Assembly (NCBI GenBank): GCA_964247055.1
Contig: OZ176054.1
Span: forward strand, 682,001 to 746,000
Source: Paragordius varius
Lineage: Eukaryota; Animalia; Nematomorpha
Direction: 5' to 3'
Length of the DNA stretch: 64,000 nucleotides
The notes below the pieces were generated by a model that did no database searches, was not told where the DNA came from, and saw only the letters and a program-made list of their open reading frames with translations. Of the stretch, positions 14,001 through 29,000 are shown one piece after another. A program made the translations under genes and the position numbers. Each line of letters starts with the position of its first letter. Within the stretch, counting starts at the first letter, position 1.

Positions 14001-17000
14001 AAGTATCGTTGTAAAAATCGGATATGAAAAAGTTTGTCAAACTATCCCTATATTTTGATGTAGTCTTACTAAGAGAATGTATAAAAAATAATTTTGTTGA
14101 CCGGTGACCAATATCCGATTATTAAGGACAAAGTTTAACTTGAGTATTGATGCGATTTATTGATACGACTTTTTATACATTAATTTTTAAAGTATCGTTG
14201 TAAAAATCGGATATGAAAGAGTTTGTCAAACTATCTCTATATTTTTATGTAGTCTTGCTAAGAGAATATATAAAAAATAATTTTGTTCACCGGTGACCAA
14301 TATCCGATTTTTAAGGACAAAGTTTATTTTGAGTATTGATGCGACTAGTTTAACACATTAATTTTTAAAGTATCGTTGTAAAAATCGGATATGAAAGAGT
14401 TTGTCAAACTATCTCTATATTTTGATGTAGTCTTACTAAGAGAATGTATAAAAAATAATTTTGTTCACCGGTGACCAATATCCGATTTTTAAGGACAAAG
14501 TTTAACTTGAGTATTGATGCGATTTATTGATACGACTAGTTTTATACATTAATTTTTAAAGTATCGATGTAAAAATCGGATATGAAAGAGTTTGTCAAAC
14601 TATCTCTATATTTTGATGTAGTCTTGCTAAGAGAATATATAAAAAATAATTTTGTTCACCGGTGACGAATATCCGATTTTTAAGGACAAAGTTTAATTTG
14701 AGTATTGATGCGACTAGTTTACTACCATAATTTTTAAAGTATCGTTGTAAAAATCGGATATGAAAGAGTTTGTCAAACTATCTCTATATTTTGATGTAGT
14801 CTTACTAACAGAATGTATAAAAAATAATTTTGTTCACCGGTGACCAAGATCCGATTTTTAAGGACAAAGTTTAACTTGAGTATTGATGCGACTGGTTTAA
14901 TACCATAATTTTTAAAGTATAGTTGTAAAAATCGGATATGAAAGAGTTTGTCAAACTATCTCTATATTTTGATGTAGTCTTACTAAGAGAATGTATAAAA
15001 AATTATTTTGTTCACCGGTGACCAATATCCGATTTTTAAGGACAAAGTTTAACTTGAGTATTGATGCGACTTATTGATACGACTAGTTTTATATATTAAT
15101 TTATAAATTATCGTTGTAAAAATCGGATATGAAAGAGTTTGTCAAACTATCTCTATATTTTGATGTAGTCTTGCTAAGAAAATATATAAAAAATAATTTT
15201 GTTCACCGGTGACCAATATCCGATTTTTAAGGACAAAATTTAATTTGAGTATTGATGCTACTAGTTTAATACCATAATTTTTAAAGTTAGTTGTAAAAAT
15301 CGGATATGAAAGAGTTTGTCAAACTATCTCTATATTTTGATGTAGTCTTACTAAGAGAATGTATAAAAAATAATTTTGTTCACCGGTGACCAAGATCCGA
15401 TTTTTAAGGACAAAGTTTAACTTGAGTATTGATGCGACTGGTTTAATACCATAATTTTTAAAGTATCGTTGTAAAAATCGGATATGAAAGAGTTTGTCAA
15501 ACTATCTCTATATTTTGATGTAGTCTTACTAAGAGAATGTATAAAAAATAATTTTGTTCACCGGTGACGAATATCCGATTTTTAAGGACAAAGTTTAATT
15601 TGAGTATTGATGCGACTAGTTTACTACCATAATTTTTAAAGTATCGTTGTAAAAATCGGATATGAAAGAGTTTGTCAAACTATCTCTATATTTTGATGTA
15701 GTCTTACTAACAGAATGTATAAAAAATAATTTTGTTCACCGGTGACCAAGATCCGATTTTTAAGGACAAAGTTTAACTTGAGTATTGATGCGACTGGTTT
15801 AATACCATAATTTTTAAAGTATAGTTGTAAAAATCGGATATGAAAGAGTTTGTCAAACTATCTCTATATTTTGATGTAGTCTTACTAAGAGAATGTATAA
15901 AAAATTATTTTGTTCACCGGTGACCAATATCCGATTTTTAAGGACAAAGTTTAACTTGAGTATTGATGCGACTTATTGATACGACTAGTTTTATATATTA
16001 ATTTATAAATTATCGTTGTAAAAATCGGATATGAAAGAGTTTGTCAAACTATCTCTATATTTTGATGTAGTCTTGCTAAGAAAATATATAAAAAATAATT
16101 TTGTTCACCGGTGACCAATATCCGATTTTTAAGGACAAAATTTAATTTGAGTATTGATGCTACTAGTTTAATACCATAATTTTTAAAGTTAGTTGTAAAA
16201 ATCGGATATGAAAGAGTTTGTCAAACTATCTCTATATTTTGATGTAGTCTTACTAAGAGAATGTATAAAAAATAATTTTGTTCACCGGTGACCAAGATCC
16301 GATTTTTAAGGACAAAGTTTAACTTGAGTATTGATGCGACTGGTTTAATACCATAATTTTTAAAGTATCGTTGTAAAAATCGGATATGAAAGAGTTTGTC
16401 AAACTATCTCTATATTTTGATGTAGTCTTACTAAGAGAATGTATAAAAAATAATTTTGTTCACCGGTGACCAATATCCGATTTTTAAGGACAAAGTTTAA
16501 CTTGAGTATTGATGCGACTTATTGATACGACTAGTTTTATATATTAATTTATAAAGTATCGTTGTAAAAATCGGATATGAAAGAGTTTGTCAAACTATCT
16601 CTATATTTTGATGTAGTCTTGTTAAGAGAATGTATAAAAAATAATTTTGTTCACCGGTGACCAATATCCGATTTTTAACGACAAAGTTTTACTTGAGTAT
16701 TGATGCGACTAGTTTAATACATTAATTTTTATCGTATCGTTGTAAAAATCGGATATGAAAGAGTTTGTCAAACTATCTCTATATTTTGATGTAGTCTTAC
16801 TAAGAGAATGTATAAAAAAAAATTTTGTTCACCGGTGACCAAAATCCGATTTTTAAGGACAAAGATTAACTTGAGTTTTGATGCGACTGGTTTAATACCA
16901 TAATTTTTAAAGTTAGTTGTAAAAATCGGATATGAAAGAGTTTGTCAAACTATCTCTATATTTTGATGTAGTCTTACTAAGAGAATGTATAAAAAATAAT

Positions 17001-20000
17001 TTTGTTCACCGGTGACCAAGATCCGATTTTTAAGGACAAAGTTTAACTTGAGTATTGATGCGACTGGTTTAATACCATAATTTTTAAAGTATCGTTGTAA
17101 AAATCGGATATGAAAGAGTTTGTCAAACTATCTCTATATTTTGATGTAGTCTTACTAAGAGAATGTATAAAAAATAATTTTGTTCACCGGTGACCAATAT
17201 CCGATTTTTAAGGACAAAGTTTAACTTGAGTATTGATGCGATTTATTGATACGACTTTTTTTACATTAATTTTTAAAGTATCGTTGTAAAAATCGAATAT
17301 GAAAGAGTTTGTCAAACTATCTCTATATTTTGATGTAGTCTTGCTAAGAGAATATATAAAAAATAATTTTGTTCACCGGTGACCAATATTCGATTTTTAA
17401 GGACAAAGATTAACTTGAGTATTGATGCGACTAGTTTAACACATTAATTTTTAAAGTATCGTTGTAAAAATCGGATATGAAAGAGTTTGTAAAACTATCT
17501 CTATATTTTGATGTAGTCTTACTAAGAGAATGTATAAAAAATAATTTTGTTCACCGGTGACCAATATTCGATTTTTAAGGACAAAGTTTAACTTGAGTAT
17601 TGATGCGACTAGTTTTATACATTAATTTTTAAAGTATCGTTGTAAAAATCGGATATGAAAGAGTTTGTCAAACTATCTCTATATTTTGATGTAGTCTTGC
17701 TAAGAGAATATATAAAAAATAATTTTGTTCACCGGTGACCAATATCCGATTTTTAAGGACAAAGTTTAATTTGAGTATTGATGCGACTAGTTTACTACCA
17801 TAATTTTTAAAGTATCGTTGTAAAAATCGGATATGAAAGAGTTTGTCAAACTATCTCTATATTTTGATGTAGTCTTATTAAGAGAATGTATAAAAAATAG
17901 TTTTGTTCACCGGTGACCAATATCCGATTTTTAAGGACAAAGTTTAACTTGAGTATTGATGCGACTGGTTTAATACCATAATTTTTAAAGTATCGTTGTA
18001 AAAATCGGATATGAAAGAGTTTGTCAAACTATCCCTATATTTTGATGTAGTCTTACTAAGAGAATGTATAAAAAATAATTTTGTTGACCGGTGACCAATA
18101 TCCGATTATTAAGGACAAAGTTTAACTTGAGTATTGATGCGATTTATTGATACGACTTTTTATACATTAATTTTTAAAGTATCGTTGTAAAAATCGGATA
18201 TGAAAGAGTTTGTCAAACTATCTCTATATTTTTATGTAGTCTTGCTAAGAGAATATATAAAAAATAATTTTGTTCACCGGTGACCAATATCCGATTTTTA
18301 AGGACAAAGTTTATTTTGAGTATTGATGCGACTAGTTTAACACATTAATTTTTAAAGTATCGTTGTAAAAATCGGATATGAAAGAGTTTGTCAAACTATC
18401 TCTATATTTTGATGTAGTCTTACTAAGAGAATGTATAAATAATTTTGTTCACCGGTGACCAATATCCGATTATTAAGGAGAAAGTTTAACTTGAGTATTG
18501 ATGCGATTTATTGATACGACTTTTTATACATTAATTTTTAAAGTATCGTTGTAAAAATCGGATATGAAAGAGTTTGTCAAACTATCTCTATATTTTGATG
18601 TAGTCTTGCTGAGAGAATATATAAAAAATAATTTTGTTCACCGGTGACCAATATCCGATTTTTAAGGACAAAATTTAATTTGAGTATTGATGCTACTAGT
18701 TTAATACCATAATTTTTAAAGTTAGTTGTAAAAATCGGATATGAAAGAGTTTGTCAAACTATCTCTATATTTTGATGTAGTCTTACTAAGAGAATGTATA
18801 AAAAATAATTTTGTTCACCGGTGACCAAGATCCGATTTTTAAGGACAAAGTTTAACTTGAGTATTGATGCGACTGGTTTAATACCATAATTTTTAAAGTA
18901 TCGTTGTAAAAATCGGATATGAAAGAGTTTGTCAAACTATCTCTATATTTTGATGTAGTCTTACTAAGAGAATGTATAAAAAATAATTTTGTTCACCGGT
19001 GACCAATATCCGATTTTTAAGGACAAAGTTTAACTTGAGTATTGATGCGACTTATTGATACGACTAGTTTTATATATTAATTTATAAAGTATCGTTGTAA
19101 AAATCGGATATGAAAGAGTTTGTCAAACTATCTCTATATTTTGATGTAGTCTTGTTAAGAGAATGTATAAAAAATAATTTTGTTCACCGGTGACCAATAT
19201 CCGATTTTTAACGACAAAGTTTAACTTGAGTATTGATGCGACTAGTTTAATACATTAATTTTTAAAGTATCGTTGTAAAAATCGGATATGAAAGAGTTTG
19301 TCAAACTATCTCTATATTTTGATGTAGTCTTACTAAGAGAATGTATAAAAAAAAATTTTGTTCACCGGTGACCAAAATCCGATTTTTAAGGACAAAGATT
19401 AACTTGAGTATTGATGCGACTGGTTTAATACCATAATTTTTAAAGTATCGTTGTAAAAATCGGATATGAAAGAGTTTGTCAAACTATCTCTATATTTTGA
19501 TGTAGTCTTACTAAGAGAATGTATAAAAAATTATTTTGTTCACCGGTGACCAATATCCGATTTTTAAGGACAAAGTTTAACTTGAGTATTGATGCGACTT
19601 ATTGATACGACTAGTTTTATATATTAATTTATAAAGTATCGTTGTAAAAATCGGATATGAAAGAGTTTGTCAAACTATCTCTATATTTTGATGTGGTCTT
19701 GCTAAGAGAATGTATAAAAAATTATTTTGTTCACCGGTGACCAATATTCGATTTTTAAGGACAAAGTTTAACTTGAGTATTGATGCGACTAGTTTAACAC
19801 ATTAATTTTTAAAGTTTCGTTGTAAAAATCGGATATGAAAGAGTTTGTCAAACTATCTCTATATTTTGATGTAGTCTTACTAAGAGAATGTATAAAAAAT
19901 AATTTTGTTCACCGGTGACCAATATTCGATTTTTAAGGACAAAGTTTAACTTGAGTACTGATGCGACTAGTTTTATACATTAATTTTTAAAGTATCGTTG

Positions 20001-23000
20001 TAAAAATCGGATATGAAAGAGTTTGCCAAACTATCTCTATATTTTGAGGTAGTCCTACTAAGAGAATGTATACAAAATAATTTTGTTCACCGGTGACCAA
20101 TATCCGATTATTAAGGACAAAGTTTAACTTGAGTATTGATGCGACTTATTGATACGACTAGTTTTATATATTAATTTATAAAGTATCGTTGTAAAAATCG
20201 GATATGAAAGAGTTTGTCAAACTATCTCTATATTTTGATGTAGTCTTGCTGAGAGAATATATAAAAAATAATTTTGTTCACCGGTGACCAATATCCGATT
20301 TTTAAGGACAAAGTTTATTTTGAGTATTGATGCGACTAGTTTAATACATTAATTTTTAAAGTATCGTTGTAAAAATCGGATATGAAAGAGTTTGTCAAAC
20401 TATTTCTATATTTTGATGTAGTCTTACTAAGAGAATGTATAAAAAATAATTTTGTTCACCGGTGACCAATATTCGATTTTTAAGGACAAAGTTTAACTTG
20501 AGTATTGATGCGACTAGTTTAACACATTAATTTTTAAAGTATCGTTGTAAAAATCGGATATGAAAGAGTTTGTCAAACTATCTCTATATTTTGATGTAGT
20601 CTTGCTAAGAGAATATATAAAAAATAATTTTGTTCACCGGTGACCAATATCCGATTTTTAAGGACAAAGTTTAATTTGAGTATTGATGCGACTAGTTTAA
20701 TAACATAATTTTTAAAGTTAGTTGTAAAAATCGGATATGAAAGAGTTTGTCAAACTATCTCTATATTTTGATGTAGTCTTACTAAGAGAATGTATAAAAA
20801 ATAATTTTGTTCACCGGTGACCAAGATCCAATTTTTAAGGACAAAGTTTAACTTGAGTATTGATGCGACTGGTTTAATACCATAATTTTAAAAGTATCGT
20901 TGTAAAAATCGGATATGAAAGAGTTTGTCAAACTATCTCTATATTTTGTTGTAGTCTTACTAAGAGAATGTATAAAAAATAGTTTTGTTCACCGGTGACC
21001 AATATCCGATTTTTAAGGACAAAGTTTAACTTGAGTATTGATGCGACTGGTTTAATACCATAATTTTTAAAGTATCGTTGAAATCGGATATGAAAGAGTT
21101 TGTCAAACTATCTCTATATTTTGATGTAGTCTTGCTAAGAGAATGTATAAAAAATAATTTTGTTCACCGGTGACCAATATCCGATTTTTAAGGAAAAGTT
21201 TAACTTGAGTATTGATGCGACTAGTTTAATACATTAATTTTTAAAGTATCGTTGTAAAAATCGGATATGAAAGAGTTTGTCAAACTATCTCGATATTTTG
21301 ATGTAGTCTTACTAAGAGAATGTATAAAAAATAGTTTTGTTCACCGGTGACCAATATCCGATTTTTAAGGACAAAGTTTAACTTGAGTATTGATGCGACT
21401 GGTTGAATACCATAATTTTTAAGGTATCGTTGTAAAAATCGGATATGAAAGAGTTTGTCAAACTATCTCTATATTTTGATGTAGTCTTACTAAGAGAATG
21501 TATATAAAATAATTTTGTTCACCGGTGACCAATATCCGATTTTTAAGGACAAAGTTTAACTTGAGTATTGATGCGACTGGTTTAATACCATAATTTTTAA
21601 AGTATCGTTGAAATCGGATATGAAAGAGTTTGTCAAACTATCTCTATATTTTGATGTAGTCTTACTAAGAGAATGTATAAAAAATAATTTTGTTCACCGG
21701 TGACCAATATCCGATTTTTAAGGACAAAGTTTAACTTGAGTATTGATGCGACTAGTTTAATACATTAATTTTTAAAGTATCGTTGTAAAAATCGGATATG
21801 AAAGAGTTTGTCAAACTATCTCTATATTTTGTTGTAGTCTTACTAAGAGAATGTATAAAAAATAGTTTTGTTCACCGGTGACCAATATCCGATTTTTAAG
21901 GACAAAGTTTAACTTGAGTATTGATGCGACTGGTTTAATACCATAATTTTTAAAGTATCGTTGAAATCGGATATGAAAGAGTTTGTCAAACTATCTCTAT
22001 ATTTTGATGTAGTCTTACTAAGAGAATGTATAAAAAATAATTTTGTTCACCGGTGACCAATATCCGATTTTTAAGGACAAAGTTTAACTTGAGTATTGAT
22101 GCGACTGGTTTAATACCATAATTTTTAAAGTATCGTTGAAATCGGATATGAAAGAGTTTGTCAAACTATCTCTATATTTTGATGTAGTCTTACTAAGAGA
22201 ATGTATAAAAAATAATTTTGTTCACCGGTGACCAATATCCGATTTTTAAGGACAAAGTTTAACTTGAGTATTGATGCGACTAGTTTAATACATTAATTTT
22301 TAAAGTATCGTTGTAAAAATCGGATATGAAAGAGTTTGTCAAACTATCTCTATATTTTGATGTAGTCTTACTAAGAGAATGTATAAAAAATAATTTTGTT
22401 CACCGGTGACCAATATCCGATTTTTAAGGACAAAGTTTAATTTGAGTATTGATGCGACTAGTTTAATACATTAATTTTTAAAGTATCGTTGTAAAAATTC
22501 GATATGAAAGAGTTTGTCAAACTATCTCTATATTTTGATGTAGTCTTACTAAGAGAATGTATAAAAAATAGTTTTGTTCACCGGTGACCAATATCCGATT
22601 TTTAAGGACAAAGTTTAACTTGAGTATTGATGCGACTGGTTTAATACCATAATTTTTAAAGTATCGTTGTAAAAATCGGATATGAAAAAGTTTGTAAAAC
22701 TATCTCTATATTTTGATGTAGTCTTACTAAGAGAATGTATAAAAAATAGTTTTGTTCACCGGTGACCAATATCCGATTTTTAAGGACAAAGTTTAACTTG
22801 AGTATTGATGCGACTAGTTTAATACATTAATTTTTAAAGTATCGTTGTAAAAATTCGATATGAAAGAGTTTGTCAAACTATCTCTATATTTTGATGTAGT
22901 CTTACTAAGAGAATGTATAAAAAATAGTTTTGTTCACCGGTGACCAATATCCGATTTTTAAGGACAAAGTTTAACTTGAGTATTGATGCGACTGGTTTAA

Positions 23001-26000
23001 TACCATAATTTTTAAAGTATCGTTGTAAAAATCGGATATGAAAAAGTTTGTAAAACTATCTCTATATTTTGATGTAGTCTTACTAAGAGAATGTATAAAA
23101 AATTATTTTGTTCACCGGTGACCAATATCCGATTTTTAAGGACAAAGTTTAACTTGAGTATTGATGCGACTGGTTTAATACCATAATTTTTAATGTATCG
23201 TTGAAAGCGGATATGAAAGAGTTTGTCAAACTATCTCTATATTTTGATGTAGTCTTACTAAGAGAATGTATAAAAAATAATTTTGTTCACCGGTGACCAA
23301 TATCTGATTTTTAAGGACAAAGTTTAACTTGAGTATTGATGCTACTAGTTTAATACATTAATTTTTTAAGTATCGTTGTAAAAATCGGATATGAAAGAGT
23401 TTGTCAAACTATCTCTATATTTTGATGTAGTCTTACTAAGAGAATGTAAAAAAAATAGTTTTGTTCACCGGTGACCAATATCCGATTTTTAAGGACAATG
23501 TTTAGCTTGAGTATTGATGCGACTAGTTTTATACATTAATTTTTAAAGTATCGTTGTAAAAATCGGATATGAAAGAGTTTGTCAAACTATTTCTATATTT
23601 TTATGTAGTCTTACTAAGAGAATGTATAAAAAATAATTTTGTTCAGCGGTGACCAATATCCGATTTTTAAGGATAAAGTTTAACTTGAGTATTGATGCGA
23701 CTGGTTTAATACCATAATTTTTAAAGTATCGTTGTAAAAATCGGATATGAAAGAGTTTGTCAAACTATCTCTATATTTTGATGTAGTCTTACTAAGAGAA
23801 TGTAAAAAAAATTATTTTGTTCACCGGTGACCAATATCCGATTTTTAAGGACAAAGTTTAACTTGAGTATTGATGCGACTTATTGATACGACTAGTTTTA
23901 TATATTAATTTATAAAGTATCGTTGTAAAAATCGGATATGAAAGAGTTTGTCAAACTATCTCTATATTTTGATGTAGTCTTGCTAAGAGAATGTATAAAA
24001 AATAGTTTTGTTCACCGGTGACCAATATCCGATTTTTAAGGATAAAGTTTAACTTGAGTATTGATGCGACTAGTTTAATACATTAATTTTTAAAGTATCG
24101 TTGTAAAAATCGGATATGAAAGAGTTTGTCCAACTATCTCTATATTTTGATGTAGTCTTACTAAGAGAATGTATAAAAAATTATTTTGTTCACCGGTGAC
24201 CAATATCCGATTTTTAAGGACAAAGTTTAACTTGAGTATTGATGCGACTAGTTTAATACATTAATTTTTAAAGTATCGTTGTAAAAATCGGATATGAAAG
24301 AGTTTGTCAAACTATCTCTATATTTTGATGTAGTCTTACTAAGAGAATGTATAAAAAATAATTTTGTTCACCGGTGACCAATATCCGATTTTTAAGGACA
24401 AAGTTTAACCTAGTATTGATGCGACTAGTTTAATACATTAATTTTTAAAGTATCGTTGTAAAAATCGGATATGAAAGAGTTTGTCAAACTATCTCTATAT
24501 TTTGTTGTAGTCTTACTAAGAGAATGTATAAAAAATAGTTTTGTTCACCGGTGACCAATATCGTATTTTTAAGGACAAAGTTTAACTTGAGTATTGATGC
24601 GACTGGTTTAATACCATAATTTTTAATGTATCGTTGAAATCGGATATGAAAGAGTTTGTCAAACTATCTCTATATTTTGATGTAGTCTTACTAAGAGAAT
24701 GTATAAAAAATAATTTTGTTCACCGGTGACCAATATCCGATTTTTAAGGACAAAGGTTAACTTGAGTATTGATGCTACTAGTTTAATACATTAATTTTTT
24801 AAGTATCGTTGTAAAAATCGGATATGAAAGAGTTTGTCAAACTATCTCTATATTTTGATGTAGTCTTACTAAGAGAATGTATAAAAAATAGTTTTGTTCA
24901 CCGGTGACCAATATCCGATTTTTAAGGACAATGTTTAGCTTGAGTATTGATGCGACTAGTTTTATACATTAATTTTTAAAGTATCGTTGTAAAAATCGGA
25001 TATGAAAGAGTTTGTCAAACTATTTCTATATTTTTATGTAGTCTTTCTAAGAGAATGTATAAAAAATAATTTTGTTCAGCGGTGACCAATATCCGATTTT
25101 TAAGGATAAAGTTTAACTTGAGTATTGATGCGACTGGTTTAATACCATAATTTTTAAAGTATCGTTGTAAAAATCGGATATGAAAGAGTTTGTCAAACTA
25201 TCTCTATATTTTGATGTAGTCTTACTAAGAGAATGTATTAAAAATTATTTTGTTCACCGGTGACCAATATCCGATTTTTAAGGACAAAGTTTAACTTGAG
25301 TATTGATGCGACTTATTGATACGACTAGTTTAATACCATAATTTTTAAAGTATCGTTGAAATCGGATATGAAAGAGTTTGTCAAACTATCTCTATATTTT
25401 GATGTAGTCTTACTAAGAGAATGTATAAAAAATAATTTTGTTCACCGGTGACCAATATCCGATTTTTAAGGACAAAGTTTAATTTGAGTATTGATGCGAC
25501 TAGTTTAATACATTAATTTTTAAAGTATCGTTGTAAAAATTCGATATGAAAGAGTTTGTCAAACTATCTCTATATTTTGATGTAGTCTTACTAAGAGAAT
25601 GTATAAAAAATAGTTTTGTTCACCGGTGACCAATATCCGATTTTTAAGGACAAAGTTTAACTTGAGTATTGATGCGACTGGTTTAATACCATAATTTTTA
25701 AAGTATCGTTGTAAAAATCGGATATGAAAAAGTTTGTAAAACTATCTCTATATTTTGATGTAGTCTTACTAAGAGAATGTATAAAAAATTATTTTGTTCA
25801 CCGGTGAACAATATCCGATTTTTAAGGACAAAGTTTAACTTGAGTATTGATGCGACTGGTTTAATACCATAATTTTTAATGTATCGTTGAAATCGGATAT
25901 GAAAGAGTTTGTCAAACTATCTCTATATTTTGATGTAGTCTTACTAAGAGAATGTATAAAAAATAATTTTGTTCACCGGTGACCAATATCCGATTTTTAA

Positions 26001-29000
26001 GGACAAAGTTTAACTTGAGTATTGATGCTACTAGTTTAATACATTAATTTTTAAAGTTAGTTGTAAAAATCGGATATGAAAGAGTTTGTCAAACTATCTC
26101 TATATTTTGATGTAGTCTTACTAAGAGAATGTATAAAAAATAATTTTGTTCACCGGTGACCAAGATCCGATTTTTAAGGACAAAGTTTAACTTGAGTATT
26201 GATGCGACTGGTTTAATACCATAATTTTTAAAGTATCGTTGTAAAAATCGGATATGAAAGAGTTTGTCAAACTATCTCTATATTTTGATGTAGTCTTACT
26301 AAGAGAATGTATAAAAAATTATTTTGTTCACCGGTGACCAATATCCGATTTTTAAGGACAAAGTTTAACTTGAGTATTGATGCCACTTATTGATACGACT
26401 AGTTTTATATATTAATTTATAAAGTATCGTTGTAAAAATCGGATATGAAAGAATTTGTCAAACTATCTCTATATTTTGATGTAGTCTTGCTAAGAGAATG
26501 TATAAAAAATAATTTTGTTCACCGGTGACCAATATCCGATTTTTAAGGACAAAGTTTAACTTGAGTATTGATGCGACTAGTTTAATACATTAATTTTTAA
26601 AGTATCGTTGTAAAAATCGGATATGAAAGAGTTTGTCAAACTATCTCTATATTTTGATGTAGTCTTACTAAGAGAATGTATAAAATATAGTTTTGTTCAC
26701 CGGTGACCAATATCCGATTTTTAAGGACAAAGTTTAACTTGAGTATTGATGCGACTGGTTTAATACCATAATTTTTAAGGTATCGTTGTAAAAATCGGAT
26801 ATGAAAGAGTTTGTCAAACTATCTCTATATTTTGATGTAGTCTTACTAAGAGAATGTATATAAAATAATTTTGTTCACCGGTGACAAATATCCGATTTTT
26901 AAGGACAAAGTTTAACTTGAGTATTGATGCGACTGGTTTAATACCATAATTTTTAAAGTATCGTTGAAATCGGATATGAAAGAGTTTGTCAAACTATCTC
27001 TATATTTTGATGTAGTCTTACTCTGAGAATGTATAAAAAATAATTTTGTTCACCGGTGACCAATATCCGATTTTTAAGACAAAGTTTAACTTGAGTATTG
27101 ATGCGATTTATTGATACGACTAGTTTTATACATTAATTTTTAAAGTATCGTTGTAAAAATCGGATATGAAAGAGTTTGTCAAACTATCTTTATATTTTGA
27201 TGTAGTCTTGCTAAGAGAATATATAAAAAATAATTTTGTTCACCGGTGACCAATATCCGATTTTTAAGGACAAAATTTAATTTGAGTATTGATGCGACTA
27301 GTTTAATACCATAATTTTTAAAGTTAGTTGTAAAAATCGGATATGAAAGAGTTTGTCAAACTATCTCTATATTTTGATGTAGTCTTACTAAGAGAATGTA
27401 TAAAAAATAATTTTGTTCACCGGTGACCAAGATCCGATTTTTAAGGACAAAGTTTAACTTGAGTATTGATGCGACTGGTTTAATACCATAATTTTTAAAG
27501 TATCGTTGTAAAAATCGGATATGAAAGAGTTTGTCAAACTATATCTATATTTTGATGTAGTCTTACTAAGAGAATGTATAAAAAATTATTTTGTTCACCG
27601 GTGACCAATATCCGATTTTTAAGGACAAAGTTTAACTTGAGTATTGATGCGACTTATTGATACGACTAGTTTTATATATTAATTTATAAAGTATCGTTGT
27701 AAAAATCGGATATGAAAGAGTTTGTCAAACTATCTCTATATTTTGATGTAGTCTTGCTAAGAGAATGTATAAAAAATAATTTTGTTCACCGGTGACCAAT
27801 ATCCGATTTTTAAGGACAAAGTTTCACTTGAGTATTGATGCGACTGGTTTAATACCATAATTTTTAATGTATCGTTGAAATCGGATATGAAAGAGTTTGT
27901 CAAACTATCTCTATATTTTGATGTAGTCTTACTAAGAGAATGTATATAAAATAATTTTGTTCACCGGTGACCAATATCCGATTTTTAAGGACAAAGTTTA
28001 ACTTGAGTATTGATGCGACTGGTTTAATACCATAATTTTTAAAGTATCGTTGAAATCGGATATGAAAGAGTTTGTCAAACTATCTCTATATTTTGATGTA
28101 GTCTTACTAAGAGAATGTATAAAAAATAATTTTGTTCACCGGTGACCAATATCCGATTTTTAAGGACAAAGTTTAACTTGAGTATTGATGCGACTGGTTT
28201 AATACCATAATTTTTAAAGTATCGTTGTAAAAATCGGATATGAAAAAGTTTGTAAAACTATCTCTATATTTTGATGTAGTCTTACTAAGAGAATGTATAA
28301 AAAATTATTTTGTTCACCGGTGACCAATATCCGATTTTTAAGGACAAAGTTTAACTTGAGTATTGATGCGACTAGTTTAATACATTATTTTTTAAAGTAT
28401 CGCTGTAAAAATCGGATATGAAAGAGTTTGTCAAACTATCTCTATATTTTGATGTAGTCTTACTAAGAGAATGTATAAAAAATAATTTTGTTCACCGGTG
28501 ACCAATATCCGATTTTTAAGGACAAAGTTTAACTTGAGTATTGATGCGACTGGTTTAATACCATAATTTTTAAGGTATCGTTGTAAAAATCGGATATGAA
28601 AGAGTTTGTCAAACTATCTCTATATTTTGATGTAGTCTTACTAAGAGAATGTATATAAAATAATTTTGTTCACCGGTGACCAATATCCGATTTTTAAGGA
28701 CAAAGTTTAACTTGAGTATTGATGCGACTGGTTTAATACCATAATTTTTAAGGTATCGTTGTAAAAATCGGATATGAAAGAGTTTGTCAAACTATCTCTA
28801 TATTTTGATGTAGTCTTACTAAGAGAATGTATATAAAATAATTTTGTTCACCGGTGACCAATATCCGATTTTTAAGGACAAAGTTTAACTTGAGTATTGA
28901 TGCGACTGGTTTAATACCATAATTTTTAAAGTATCGTTGAAATCGGATATGAAAGAGTTTGTCAAACTATCTCTATATTTTGATGTAGTCTTACTAAGAG

